Source: Leptospirales bacterium (GTDB taxonomy: Bacteria > Spirochaetota > Leptospiria > Leptospirales > Leptonemataceae). From it: a stretch of 64,000 nucleotides of DNA. Positions within the stretch are counted from its first letter, which is position 1, and every line of letters starts with the position of its first letter. The translations under genes were made by a program, and so were the position numbers. Positions 8,942-18,435 of the stretch are shown here, in pieces. The stretch is from assembly GCA_016788865.1 (NCBI GenBank), contig JAEUSB010000009.1, forward strand, positions 1 through 64,000, in the 5' to 3' direction. Below the pieces are notes generated by a model. The model made no database searches. It was given only the letters and a program-made list of their open reading frames with translations, and was not told where the DNA came from.

Positions 8942-10054
8942 ATGCATATCAAAGAACATGAGCGCGGACTCGTCTTCCAGAAAGGAAACTACATTCGAAG
9001 AGTCGGCCCTGGATCCCATCCATTGCTTGGATGGACGCCCGGCGTCGATGTAACAATACTTGATACATACAAACTATTTAAGATTAGCCGTGGACTGAAT
9101 GCATTCAGGGCAGATGCCAGGCTCATGGAAGAGATGCGTTTGTTGGACGTCCCGGACAATGGAATCGCCCTCCACTTCACAGATGGCCACCTTGTTGACA
9201 TATTTGGCCCGGGGATTTACGGATACTGGAATGTGGCTGTGGAGCACACGTTCCACATTGCCAATCTAGGCTCTCCGCGCATTGATCCCACGGTAGATCC
9301 CAAAATTCTAAGTAATCCTGCTCTCAGAGACTACCTTCAACGATTCCAGGTGGATGCACATCAGAAGGGGCTATTGTTCTTTGATGGGATCTATCAGGGT
9401 GTGGTCAATCCTGGTGCCTACTATTTCTGGAAAGGATCGGTTCAGGTGACTCTTACTACGGTTGATATGCGACAGCTTCAGGTAGATATGACAGGCCAGG
9501 AGATCTTAACATCGGACCGGGTGAGTGTTCGAATTAACTTCGTCGGACAATATCGCATAACGGACCCAGAAAAGGCGGCACTTCAAACAAAATCGTATGA
9601 AGAGCAACTCTATGTGTCCCTTCAATTGATTCTCCGTGAATATGTGGGTACGCTCACTCTAGACGATTTGTTGCTCAAGAAGGAGGAGATCAACGAGTTT
9701 GTCCTTTCTCGCCTGAAAGCAAAGGGAGCCAGCCTCGGCGTTGAATTTTCGCAGGCAGGCGTGAAGGATATCATTCTCCCGGGTGACTTCAAAGAGATCA
9801 TGAATCTCGTCTTGATCGCAGAGCGAAAAGCCCAGGCCAATCTCGTAACTCGGCGGGAGGAGATAGCATCAACTAGAAGCCTGCTCAATACTGCAAGACT
9901 TATGGACGAGAATCCAACTCTCTACAGGCTCAAGGAGCTGGAGTTCGTGGAGCGCATGGCCGAGAAAGTAGGAAGCGTTTCCCTTTCGCCTGGAACCGGA
10001 TTACTGGAGCAACTGAACGGCTTGATCGCTGCCAGGAAGGCTGACTCGAAATAG
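8942..10054 (+). CDS. SPFH/Band 7 domain protein (stomatin/HflC-like)
   Basis: 370 aa. The N-terminal region ERGLVFQKGNYIRRVGPGSHPL is typical of SPFH domains. The C-terminus is a coiled coil ending in an IAERKAQANL...ARLMDENP-type heptad region. Confidence 0.7.
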   Translation: MHIKEHERGLVFQKGNYIRRVGPGSHPLLGWTPGVDVTILDTYKLFKISRGLNAFRADARLMEEMRLLDVPDNGIALHFTDGHLVDIFGPGIYGYWNVAVEHTFHIANLGSPRIDPTVDPKILSNPALRDYLQRFQVDAHQKGLLFFDGIYQGVVNPGAYYFWKGSVQVTLTTVDMRQLQVDMTGQEILTSDRVSVRINFVGQYRITDPEKAALQTKSYEEQLYVSLQLILREYVGTLTLDDLLLKKEEINEFVLSRLKAKGASLGVEFSQAGVKDIILPGDFKEIMNLVLIAERKAQANLVTRREEIASTRSLLNTARLMDENPTLYRLKELEFVERMAEKVGSVSLSPGTGLLEQLNGLIAARKADSK

Positions 10055-10135
10055 GACCCTGGAAGATGCCGGGAGGGCAGGAATTTTGGCTTGAACCTTT
10101 TGCCTTTCCGATTCGTCTGAACCCCGCAACTAATA

Positions 10136-11149
10136 GTGAGGGTATCTATGCGTCGATTTCTCCCATTTCTCCTGTTCCTCTCGCTGCCCCTGGCCGCTGA
10201 GGACGTGTCCTACCAACGAGCTATGTTCGACATGACTACCACCGGGACGCGAGCGGTTCTCGTGACGCTTGCAAACAATGGATCAAAGAAGCAAACAGAA
10301 ACGGTTACGGTGCGCGTCCAAACCAAAGGAAGCAGCCAGATGTTGGAAATCGGAAGCAAGACGGAACAAATCCCCGCGCATGCAGGGATGCTTTTTGAAA
10401 TCCCTGTCCCTGCAGATACGGTAAAGGCGGAGGTAATCTGGCGCGGACTCAAAAAGAACGACGTGATAGTGCCCGGTGCCCCTGCAAAGCCAGACACAAT
10501 TGCAAATTCTGGCAAAGATTGCTCAAAGAATAATACCTCGATCCGGCACAAACAGAAGATTCGCGACAAAGGTCGAGTCATGCAGTGCAACAACGGAGAG
10601 TTTAAATCCGTGAACGACGGATTTGCAGGCTTCTGTCCATCGGGTTTTGACATTGATCTAAACGGAACTCGTGGGCGGGCTGAGTTCAGCAGCCTGAGTA
10701 TCCTCTCATACAAAAGTGGCGTTCAGTGCTTTTACAAAACCTCCGTTGATCGGTACAGAAAACCATCCGGGCCCGCAGGCGGCGACGCTTCGAGCGTTTG
10801 TAGCTTGAGTCCAAAGAACCCCAGAACCGTAGTGTGTCTCAAGGTGTTCGTCGGATTCAGTATGCCGGAATCATACCAGGGTAAAGTCCTGGATTACGCA
10901 GCTCTCCAAAAGCACGGAACGGCGGATGGAAAGTGGGCCAGTGGAAACGGCGATACGGATTCAGAGGCGACCGTTAAGTTGAATTTTACTAAATCAAGCT
11001 ATGTTGAAGGCAAAGGCTTTCAGTTCACCTATGAGGCAACCGACGCTCGTCTGAAGCTGGAACTCAACCCTGACGATTTTGCACCCTGTGTATCCCAGTC
11101 AAAGGATAAGTTCAGTTGCCCGGCGCGCGTTGTCAAAGAGTTCAACTAA
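10136..11149 (+). CDS. Secreted hypothetical protein with signal peptide, Cys-containing
   Basis: 337 aa. The N-terminal signal peptide is MRRFLPFLLFLSLPLAA. No recognisable motifs were found. Confidence 0.5.
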   Translation: MRVSMRRFLPFLLFLSLPLAAEDVSYQRAMFDMTTTGTRAVLVTLANNGSKKQTETVTVRVQTKGSSQMLEIGSKTEQIPAHAGMLFEIPVPADTVKAEVIWRGLKKNDVIVPGAPAKPDTIANSGKDCSKNNTSIRHKQKIRDKGRVMQCNNGEFKSVNDGFAGFCPSGFDIDLNGTRGRAEFSSLSILSYKSGVQCFYKTSVDRYRKPSGPAGGDASSVCSLSPKNPRTVVCLKVFVGFSMPESYQGKVLDYAALQKHGTADGKWASGNGDTDSEATVKLNFTKSSYVEGKGFQFTYEATDARLKLELNPDDFAPCVSQSKDKFSCPARVVKEFN

Positions 11150-11192
11150 AACTGCGATCGCTAAATTCAAGAACTTAGGGCAGAATTTAGAC

Positions 11193-11219
11193 AAAAAAAA
11201 ACCCGCACTTACGTGCGGG
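11193..11219 (-). terminator. Rho-independent terminator for glnB/glnK (minus strand)
   Basis: On the minus strand the sequence reads CCCGCAC-GTAA-GTGCGGG followed by a T9 run. It lies 20 nt after the P-II stop codon. Confidence 0.7.
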
Positions 11220-11238
11220 TTCAGTGGGGGATGCTAAG

Positions 11239-11580
11239 TTAACCGATTGCTTCTTTACCGCGTTCGCCTGTGCGAATGCGGATGACTTCTTTCAGTTCAG
11301 TTACAAAGATCTTGCCATCACCAATCTTACCAGTGCGGGCACCTTCGATGACCGCTTTGATGGTTGGCTCTACATAGTCTTCGTTGACTGCGATTTCGAA
11401 TACTACCTTGCGGAGCAGATTCACTTGATGAACCGCGCCACGGTAGTTCTCGTCGTAGCCTTTTTGCTGACCGCAGCCCATAGCATTGAGCACAGTCATC
11501 TTGGAAACCCCTGCTTTAAACAGGGCTGTTTTTACATCTTCAACTTTATGAGGTTGAACCATTGCTGTAATTAATTTCAT
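11239..11580 (-). CDS. glnB: Nitrogen regulatory protein P-II
   Basis: 113 aa with full-length similarity to P-II proteins ([17 protein letters not shown]...[11 protein letters not shown]). It is immediately downstream of amt on the same strand. Confidence 0.9.
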   Translation of the reverse strand: MKLITAMVQPHKVEDVKTALFKAGVSKMTVLNAMGCGQQKGYDENYRGAVHQVNLLRKVVFEIAVNEDYVEPTIKAVIEGARTGKIGDGKIFVTELKEVIRIRTGERGKEAIG

Positions 11581-11595
11581 AGTTATACTCCTATT

Positions 11596-13071
11596 TCAAT
11601 CATTGAACAGCTGGAAGCCACGATAGCCTTCTTCACCATGTTCACTGATGTCGAGACCAACGAGTTCAACTTCTTCAGATGCACGAAGTCCGATCGTGAA
11701 TTTGATGATGTAAGCAATTACAGTCGTTGCGACTACGCTCAAGATGAGAGTTACACCGATAGCTTTTACTTGCTGAATCCAGAGAGATCCGTTTGCAACA
11801 ATGTCCTTAAGGTTAAGGTCAAGGTTTGCGTTAACGGTGTTTGTAGCCAGGAAGCCAGTCATGAGTGCACCTAACGTTCCACCAACAGCATGTACGCCGA
11901 AAGTGTCGAGTGCATCGTCATATCCAAGCCAGCCTTTCAGTTTGTAAACTGCGAAGAATGGAATCGCACCGGCCAGAAGACCAATGATAACCGCGCCACT
12001 TGCATTTACAAAGCCGCAAGCAGGAGTGATCACAACGAGTCCAGCAACCGCACCTGAGCAGAAGCCCAGAACTGTTGGTTTTCTCTTGATGATATACTCG
12101 AGCATTGGCCATACGAAACTCGCAACACCGGTTGCAAGGGTCGTTGTGAGGAAGGCGTTAGCGGATACACCGTCGGCTGCAACAGCACTTCCAGCGTTAA
12201 ATCCATACCAGCCTACCCAGAGCATTCCAGTTCCAACCATAGTCAGAGTCAGGTTATGCGGATCCATTGCACGTGCACCAAATCCAATGCGCTTGCCAAG
12301 GATGATACAGAGGATCAGAGCAGACCAACCAGAAGACATGTGAACTACAGTTCCACCGGCAAAGTCAATTGCCTTAATGGTAGCTGCTGCATTCCATACG
12401 CCATTCATCCAGCCAGTTACACCCCAAACCATATGTGCGAGTGGGAAATAGACGGCGAACATCCACAGTGTTACAAACACGAGGATTGCGGAGAATTTCA
12501 TTCTTTCGGCGATTGCACCAATGATCAGTGCAGGTGTGATGATTGCGAACATCATCTGATACATTGAGAATACGTTCTGGGATACCCAGTATGCATAGTC
12601 AGTGTTGGGCAATGAGTCGACGCCTTTCAGGAAGAAGAATTCTTTTCCACCAAAGAAGGGACTTTCGAAGCTCTTGCCGAATACGAGGCTATATCCAACG
12701 GCCCACCAGAGTATGGTGACCAGCCCTGCGATTCCGAGGCACTGAGCCATTACGGAAAGGACATTCTTTGCGCGAGTAAGGCCGCCATAGAAAAGGGCCA
12801 GACCGGGCAGAGTCATAAAGAGGACCAACGCTGCGCAGACCATCATCCAGCCATTGTGACCGGGACCAGCAACTGCTACCTTGGACGTCCATTTAACGTC
12901 GCCCGCGGCTCCAACGCCTGTGTTATTGAGGTAAGCTTCCAGATCTGCGACTCTCTGATCTACCGTGGGGCCGGCCGGCGCGGGAGCAGGTGTCTCCGCG
13001 TACAATGCAGCACCAAATAGCAGAAAGCCCAGCAGCAGGAAAAAAGACCATTTCTTGAAATCCGATTTCAT
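11596..13071 (-). CDS. amt: Ammonium transporter (Amt family)
   Basis: 491 aa with an N-terminal signal peptide and 11 TM helices. Conserved Amt blocks are present, and it pairs with glnB. Confidence 0.9.
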   Translation of the reverse strand: MKSDFKKWSFFLLLGFLLFGAALYAETPAPAPAGPTVDQRVADLEAYLNNTGVGAAGDVKWTSKVAVAGPGHNGWMMVCAALVLFMTLPGLALFYGGLTRAKNVLSVMAQCLGIAGLVTILWWAVGYSLVFGKSFESPFFGGKEFFFLKGVDSLPNTDYAYWVSQNVFSMYQMMFAIITPALIIGAIAERMKFSAILVFVTLWMFAVYFPLAHMVWGVTGWMNGVWNAAATIKAIDFAGGTVVHMSSGWSALILCIILGKRIGFGARAMDPHNLTLTMVGTGMLWVGWYGFNAGSAVAADGVSANAFLTTTLATGVASFVWPMLEYIIKRKPTVLGFCSGAVAGLVVITPACGFVNASGAVIIGLLAGAIPFFAVYKLKGWLGYDDALDTFGVHAVGGTLGALMTGFLATNTVNANLDLNLKDIVANGSLWIQQVKAIGVTLILSVVATTVIAYIIKFTIGLRASEEVELVGLDISEHGEEGYRGFQLFND

Positions 13072-13103
13072 CGAATCCTCCTGAGTGATTGCTGCTGGTT
13101 GCT

Positions 13104-13120
13104 ATGCAAAGAGGATACCA
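13104..13120 (-). promoter_or_regulatory. Sigma-54 (-24/-12) type promoter upstream of amt-glnB
   Basis: The minus strand reads TGGTATCCTCTTTGCAT, with GG and GC separated by 10 nt, matching the TGGCAC-N5-TTGCA consensus. It lies about 30 nt upstream of the amt start codon, which has an AGGAGGA ribosome-binding site. Confidence 0.45.
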
Positions 13121-13203
13121 GGTGAGGAAATATACCATTTTTCGGATGTACCCGCAATCATGCCCCCATTCGCGGCAGTCCGCGCGGACCCTCCGCAAGC
13201 GGT

Positions 13204-14427
13204 TTAGCCTGAAGAGGCAGCTTGTTGCTTAAAAAATAGGCGATCCGCATCAATGCTCTGGACGGCGGTCCTGAAGATATCGAATGTCTTCTGGTTCTCA
13301 AAGTCCAGGGCTCTCAGGCGCTGGCCCCGGATCACGGATTCGCGCAGGGAGTCGTTCTTCCAGAGTTCCACAATCATTTCTGCGGTAGCGGCGAACTCCT
13401 TCCGTTCGAACATTACCCCGCTGTTTCCAAGCGTTTCCGGAATCACGGACGTTTTGTGGGCCAGGATGGGCAGCCCAAAGTGCATGCTTTCGAGCAAGGG
13501 CACAAAGAATCCCTCATGCTCGCTCATGGAAAGGAACACATCCGCAGAAAGATACGATTGGATTACCTGTTCGTCTGTGACCATTCCGGTGAATTCTACA
13601 TCCGTTAGTTCCAATTCACGCATCCAGTTCCCCAGTTCGGCTGTGTAACCGCGCATTTCGGGATGAAAGGATCCAACCAGCAGCAGGCGTGCCGTGGGTT
13701 CAATTCGCTTTAGAAAGTAGAAGGTCTTCAATAGATCTTGATGGCGTTTATTTGGGAATACTCGTCCCACAAATAGGACGGTAAGTCGGTCGTGTCGGGC
13801 GGCACCAGCATGACCCTGCCACAGGGGCTGGAGGGCCACGGGCAGAACTGTTACATCCGTGAATCCCATTGCCTGTAGGTCGTTGGCGTTGTACAGACTA
13901 TCGGCCAGTACAGTATCAAAGGTGCCGGTCAATGGAAGCAGGGATTCCCTGGCATGCTGCAGTCTGTCGGCAAACGCCCTGTTATACGGGAGAACGTATT
14001 CGGGCGGCGTGACATTGTGATAGAGTAGAATTTTCTTGCAGGGCAACCCCTGCAATCGACCAAGAAAACCTGTATCTATGGAATGATGATATACCAGGAT
14101 GGTATCTCGCGTAGCGCGAAACTTGCTCGCGTGCTTTACGCGAACAGCGTCACGGTCTGGAAATTGCTCTGCAAAAATTTCTGATTCAATCCCACAACTC
14201 CGGATGAATTTCTGAAGAAGCAGAGCCTCGTTTGAGATTGCATCGCCGGTGGCAAATCCTGCGCAGAATTGGTGGATTGCTCCGCGCAAATCAGTAACCG
14301 GATTCGGTGCGGATCTTTTGACAGGATGAATTGTTCTTGTGAACGGATCGCCTGGCATCGCAGTCGGCGGCTTGCGAGACAGCCTCCGAACATTCACGGT
14401 ACGCTTTGTACAGATCACTGCGATCAA
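13204..14427 (-). CDS. Glycosyltransferase family 1 (GT4-like, GT-B fold)
   Basis: The C-terminal EX7E region is EHEGFFVPLLESMHFGLPILAHKTSVIPE. The start is uncertain because the ORF as drawn overlaps 14291-14731 by ~137 bp. A GTG near 14301 is plausible. Confidence 0.8.
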   Translation of the reverse strand: MIAVICTKRTVNVRRLSRKPPTAMPGDPFTRTIHPVKRSAPNPVTDLRGAIHQFCAGFATGDAISNEALLLQKFIRSCGIESEIFAEQFPDRDAVRVKHASKFRATRDTILVYHHSIDTGFLGRLQGLPCKKILLYHNVTPPEYVLPYNRAFADRLQHARESLLPLTGTFDTVLADSLYNANDLQAMGFTDVTVLPVALQPLWQGHAGAARHDRLTVLFVGRVFPNKRHQDLLKTFYFLKRIEPTARLLLVGSFHPEMRGYTAELGNWMRELELTDVEFTGMVTDEQVIQSYLSADVFLSMSEHEGFFVPLLESMHFGLPILAHKTSVIPETLGNSGVMFERKEFAATAEMIVELWKNDSLRESVIRGQRLRALDFENQKTFDIFRTAVQSIDADRLFFKQQAASSG

Positions 14428-14731
14428 GAGGCTGACCGCTGGACGGATCCGTACTCAATCGACCGATCAGGCTGTACTGGCCCTTACGGCAGAATTCGCG
14501 CGACATGCGATTTACCACCATGTCCCGGCGTTCTGGCGAGGCTTTCATTTTAGCCCGCACTTCTTCTTTCATGCAATCGACCATTGCGTTGCAGAACACA
14601 TCTGCGTCCTTCTGATAGGCCTCGATGATCTGAGGTGTGACAGGGTCGCTTTTTTGACAGCTGACCCAAAACGGTACTGAAAAAATCAGAAACGACAGTA
14701 CAAGGGGTTGCGTGGTGCAGTTCATCCGCAT
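14291..14731 (-). CDS. Small putative lipoprotein (signal peptide with lipobox-like VSC)
   Basis: 146 aa with an N-terminal signal peptide, MRMNCTTQPLVLSFLIFSVPFWVSC. Its C-terminal region overlaps the glycosyltransferase N-terminus, so one of the two boundaries is wrong. Confidence 0.4.
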   Translation of the reverse strand: MRMNCTTQPLVLSFLIFSVPFWVSCQKSDPVTPQIIEAYQKDADVFCNAMVDCMKEEVRAKMKASPERRDMVVNRMSREFCRKGQYSLIGRLSTDPSSGQPLDRSDLYKAYRECSEAVSQAADCDARRSVHKNNSSCQKIRTESGY

Positions 14732-15197
14732 TCATCGTAATTGTCTGACAAACACCCCATTGCAAGCAGGTTTTATGGACGAGATTTACATACCACCCGG
14801 GGGACCGCCGCAGTCTCCGCCACCTTCGCGCGAGATTCTCGCAATGGTTGGGGAGCCGTATATTCGCAAACTCCTGGAAACCCACTATGAAGAGCTGGGC
14901 CAGAGTTCCATTGCGGGCATGTTTCCCTCAGATTTGAAGGAAGCAGCCAATCGCTCTGCGGATTTCTTTATCCAACTCCTGGGCGGCCAGCCTTACTTTT
15001 CGCAAAAATACGGGCCGCCGCGGATGCGAGCAAGGCACATGCCATTCCAAATTACGGACGAGGCGCGTCAGGTCTGGCTGGGCTGTTTTAAACGGGCCCT
15101 GGATAAGCTGGAATTCCCGGTCCAGTTTCGCCCGGAGTTTGACAGGTTTCTGGTAGAATTCTCGGCATGGATGGTGAATCGAAAATCACCGTCTTGA
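14712..15197 (+). CDS. Truncated haemoglobin (2/2 Hb) family protein
   Basis: The pattern F..QLLGGQPYF...Y...RMRARHMPF.I....VWLGCF...L matches the trHb signature (GGP..Y.G......H....I). The true start is probably the internal Met at about 14775. Confidence 0.6.
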   Translation: MVQFIRIHRNCLTNTPLQAGFMDEIYIPPGGPPQSPPPSREILAMVGEPYIRKLLETHYEELGQSSIAGMFPSDLKEAANRSADFFIQLLGGQPYFSQKYGPPRMRARHMPFQITDEARQVWLGCFKRALDKLEFPVQFRPEFDRFLVEFSAWMVNRKSPS

Positions 15198-15200
15198 GAC

Positions 15201-16199
15201 TCAGATATTCTGGGCTGCTTCCGACTCGTAGAATCGCCGTAGTCTTTCGCTAACATAGCTTCTGAGCGATCCATTTGCAACCGAGGCCTGAACACCTGGC
15301 AGGACCCCCTGGGTAATGGAATCCACCACGACACTTCGTTCGAAGCCTGAGTTGGCCAGGGCTGTCTGAATTTCAAGCGAGCCATAGTGATCAAGGAAAG
15401 CTCGGTACAACATTCGAATGATTCTGTCAAACAGGTCCGTTTTCTTGAAATGCTCCCAGGTTGCGTTGGCTGCGTCTTTTACTTTCTGATTTTGCATCTG
15501 CTTCAAATCGTCTGAAAAGCGTGAAAGTGGTCGGGTTGAAAAGTCGTCCCAGAAGCCGTCAGCAATCTCCCGAAGCATTTTCTCATCCATTTCAGCAGTG
15601 AGCACAGTCTCTGCATAGCGACTGACGTTGTCTATGTTCTTGTTAATAAAGTCGCGCAATGCGCGGCTAACGTTTTCATCCAGCCCTGGCAGGGTCTGGT
15701 TCACCAGATTCTGTCCAAATTTGAGCATGGACGCAACACCTGGAATGTTCTTTGTCAGCGCATTTTCTTCCGACATGAAGCGGCGCAGCGAGAAAAACAG
15801 TACTTCCGAAATCAGTTTCTTAAAGAATACACTTCGGGCAAAGTCACGGGCCACATCGCTTCTTAGCTCATTGGAGTTTATCAGTACTTCCGTCCATTGC
15901 TTCTGGATATCCTTCGTTGTGAGGTCCGACAGGGTTTCATTGCTGGATTTACTGAGCTCAATCGAGCGAGTGGCCAGCAAATCAAAGAACGTTTGTGCAT
16001 CTGGTGGAACCTGTCTGCTCCGAACTTCCTGAATTGCAGTTTCAATTTGCTTTTCTGTGACTACGTCCCGGATCTTCAGTGAGCCAACCAGCGTGAAGAT
16101 CCGATCTACTTCGAGACGAACCGACTGTTCCAATTGATCCGGTTCAAAGGCACGCATTTCAAAGTTGATATGCGCTTCAAGGAGGGCTTCCCATTTCAT
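15201..16199 (-). CDS. Hypothetical protein (helical, no recognised motifs)
   Basis: 332-aa ORF with coding-like composition. Confidence 0.55.
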   Translation of the reverse strand: MKWEALLEAHINFEMRAFEPDQLEQSVRLEVDRIFTLVGSLKIRDVVTEKQIETAIQEVRSRQVPPDAQTFFDLLATRSIELSKSSNETLSDLTTKDIQKQWTEVLINSNELRSDVARDFARSVFFKKLISEVLFFSLRRFMSEENALTKNIPGVASMLKFGQNLVNQTLPGLDENVSRALRDFINKNIDNVSRYAETVLTAEMDEKMLREIADGFWDDFSTRPLSRFSDDLKQMQNQKVKDAANATWEHFKKTDLFDRIIRMLYRAFLDHYGSLEIQTALANSGFERSVVVDSITQGVLPGVQASVANGSLRSYVSERLRRFYESEAAQNI

Positions 16200-16249
16200 T
16201 CGTTAATGGTTTGGATGGAAGCCCTCCTGTCATCAGGATTTCCTTTTTC

Positions 16250-16972
16250 CTATTCTCCGTCCTGGCCGCGGTTAAAGCCAGCCAACTGCAGGGCATAATA
16301 CAGCAGTGTTGCCAGTGCCGTTCCCGCGGCTGCAACGTACGTCCAGGCAGCAGCGTTCAGAACCTCGGCTACGCCACTTCCAGTTCCTGATTGCTGGATG
16401 CCCATTCCCTGCAGGACCTCTTTGGCGCGTCTCGATGCGTCGAGTTCAACTGGAACAGTAATCAGTTGAAAGAGGACCACAATTGCGAACAAAGCGACTC
16501 CCGCCACAGCGATGTAATAACCGAGCGACGACCGCAAGAAAGTCATCATTGCGAAGCCAGCAAAGATCATGATCCAGCTCGCATTTGAACTGAAACCGGC
16601 CATCTGCACAATAGTGGAACGAAAGGTCAGCATCGAGTATTGAACCTTGTCCTGAATGGCATGTCCAGCTTCATGGGCAGCCACGCCTGCCGCTGCGACG
16701 CTCGAAGAATCGTAGGTTGAATCCGATAGCCTCAGGGTCTTTGAGCCGGGATCGTAGTGATCCGTAAGCTCGCCCGGCACACGTTCGACTTTCACGTGGT
16801 ACAATCCCTGCGAATCAAGGATCTTTCTGGCTACATCCGCACCGGTGTATCCGGACGAATTGCGCACCTGATCCCATTTGCTGAAAGCGCTTTTTACCTT
16901 CCAGCCGGCCCAGAGACTGAGCAGCATGAACGGTCCCACGTATATAAAGTAAGACCAGTCAAAATGGAGCAT
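16250..16972 (-). CDS. Zinc metallopeptidase, YugP family (membrane-associated)
   Basis: 240 aa. The N-terminal TM is followed by a GADVARKIL...SDHYDP...VAAAGVAAHEAGHAIQ HExxH motif and C-terminal TM helices, collinear with B. subtilis YugP. Confidence 0.75.
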   Translation of the reverse strand: MLHFDWSYFIYVGPFMLLSLWAGWKVKSAFSKWDQVRNSSGYTGADVARKILDSQGLYHVKVERVPGELTDHYDPGSKTLRLSDSTYDSSSVAAAGVAAHEAGHAIQDKVQYSMLTFRSTIVQMAGFSSNASWIMIFAGFAMMTFLRSSLGYYIAVAGVALFAIVVLFQLITVPVELDASRRAKEVLQGMGIQQSGTGSGVAEVLNAAAWTYVAAAGTALATLLYYALQLAGFNRGQDGE

Positions 16973-17126
16973 ATTGCCCTCCTTTCATTTCGGGCAAAAA
17001 CATAGGAAAACCGGGGCCGGTCGCCAATCGATTTTTTGCGGATTTTTGCGATAAAAAACAACCATTTCAAAGATGATACCCCGGATTTTTCTTTGAACTG
17101 CTGCGCTTGAGGAAATTCTGGCATGT

Positions 17127-18398
17127 ATGACTGCGACTTCTTCGAATCAAAAACCAATCGGCATTGGACTAGTTTTTGCTCTGGCCGGAATTGTCATCGC
17201 CGGACTTCTGGTTTGTAAACACATCTTTCCTGAATATTGTCAATCGTCGTACGGTTGTGCAATCGATGGCGTAGATGGTTGCGCTGATCTGGGCAAAAGC
17301 GAAAAGTCAAAACTGTTTGGCATTCCCATTGCGATTCCCGGCCTGTTTTTTTACGCAACTTGTGCAGGACTTCTTTTTCTTTTGCTGCGCGAAGTAGATC
17401 GCGACCGGCAAGCTGGCCTCGCCACAATGTTGCTTGCACTCGCTGTCTTTGGAACCGTGTTTGATTTGATTCTGGCATACACAAATTTCTTTGTGCTCGT
17501 GGTTCCCTGCCGTCTTTGTATTTACACTTACTTCTGCACTGCCGGTATACTTGGCATTGCCATCTGGTTGAACAAAATGACAAAACAAGAGAAATCTAAA
17601 GATATTGGACTGGTCGAAAGTGCTAAGCTGGCGCTTCCGGGGGCTGGCATTGGCGTAGGACTGACGGTTCTCGTCTTCGCATTCATCTTCACAGCTTCAA
17701 AAGTTTCCGGCAAGCCTTCTGCTTCAGGTGACTTGCTTGAGCCTGCTAAGGTCACAGAAACCCTGCAAGAGTTTCGGGCTCTTACAAAAGTCGATCTGAA
17801 CACAGCCGGACTGGAAGGTTACGAAGGCCCGGCAAACGCTCCAATCGTAATTCAAGATTTTGCGGATTTCATGTGTCCGCATTGTTACCATGCAAGCAAA
17901 GAGATCCAGGGTCTGCTGAAACGCTGGCCAGGCAGGATCAAGGTCTACTATCGTCATTTCCCTCTGGATGGAACGTGCAACCCTCTGGTTCAAAGAAAGG
18001 ATAAGCACTACGGAGAGATGCGTTGCAACGGAGCGCAGGCAGCCATTTGCGGACCGGAACAAAAGATTCTTCCAGCATTGTACCACAACATCTTTGAATT
18101 GCAGAATGACCCGGAAGGAATCAGTGTGAGCAATCTGCAGGCAGCAACAGAGAAGAGCGGCGGTAACTGGCCACGTCTCTTAGCCTGTATGCAATCTCCG
18201 GCAACCAACGCAGCCTTGCAGCGAGACATTCGGGATGCGCAATCAATCAAGCTGAATTCCACGCCAACGATCATCGTGAACGATAGACTCCTTCCCGCCG
18301 GAACGCCGGATGAAACGTATTTCAAGCATCTGATGGATGCGCTCGTGTATGAGAAAGAAGGTGAGGCTGCGTACAAGGAATTTGGAGCGCGGAAGTAA
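17127..18398 (+). CDS. Vitamin K epoxide reductase (VKOR)-like membrane domain fused to a DsbA-like thioredoxin domain
   Basis: The N-terminal ~170 aa are polytopic, with loop cysteines and a CRLC motif in a TM helix (the VKOR CXXC). The C-terminal domain has a CPHC thioredoxin active site (FADFMCPHCYHASKE). Confidence 0.7.
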   Translation: MTATSSNQKPIGIGLVFALAGIVIAGLLVCKHIFPEYCQSSYGCAIDGVDGCADLGKSEKSKLFGIPIAIPGLFFYATCAGLLFLLLREVDRDRQAGLATMLLALAVFGTVFDLILAYTNFFVLVVPCRLCIYTYFCTAGILGIAIWLNKMTKQEKSKDIGLVESAKLALPGAGIGVGLTVLVFAFIFTASKVSGKPSASGDLLEPAKVTETLQEFRALTKVDLNTAGLEGYEGPANAPIVIQDFADFMCPHCYHASKEIQGLLKRWPGRIKVYYRHFPLDGTCNPLVQRKDKHYGEMRCNGAQAAICGPEQKILPALYHNIFELQNDPEGISVSNLQAATEKSGGNWPRLLACMQSPATNAALQRDIRDAQSIKLNSTPTIIVNDRLLPAGTPDETYFKHLMDALVYEKEGEAAYKEFGARK

Positions 18399-18435
18399 TC
18401 ATTGAGCGGGAATTCGCATTGAACGGAAGTACCCA

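Noticed and set aside
8457-9053. Four overlapping plus-strand ORFs (72-130 aa) in the 857-bp intergenic region
   Set aside because: They are mutually overlapping in different frames, Ser/Arg/Leu-rich, and they cross the T-arm RNA structure. The region is better explained as non-coding structured RNA.
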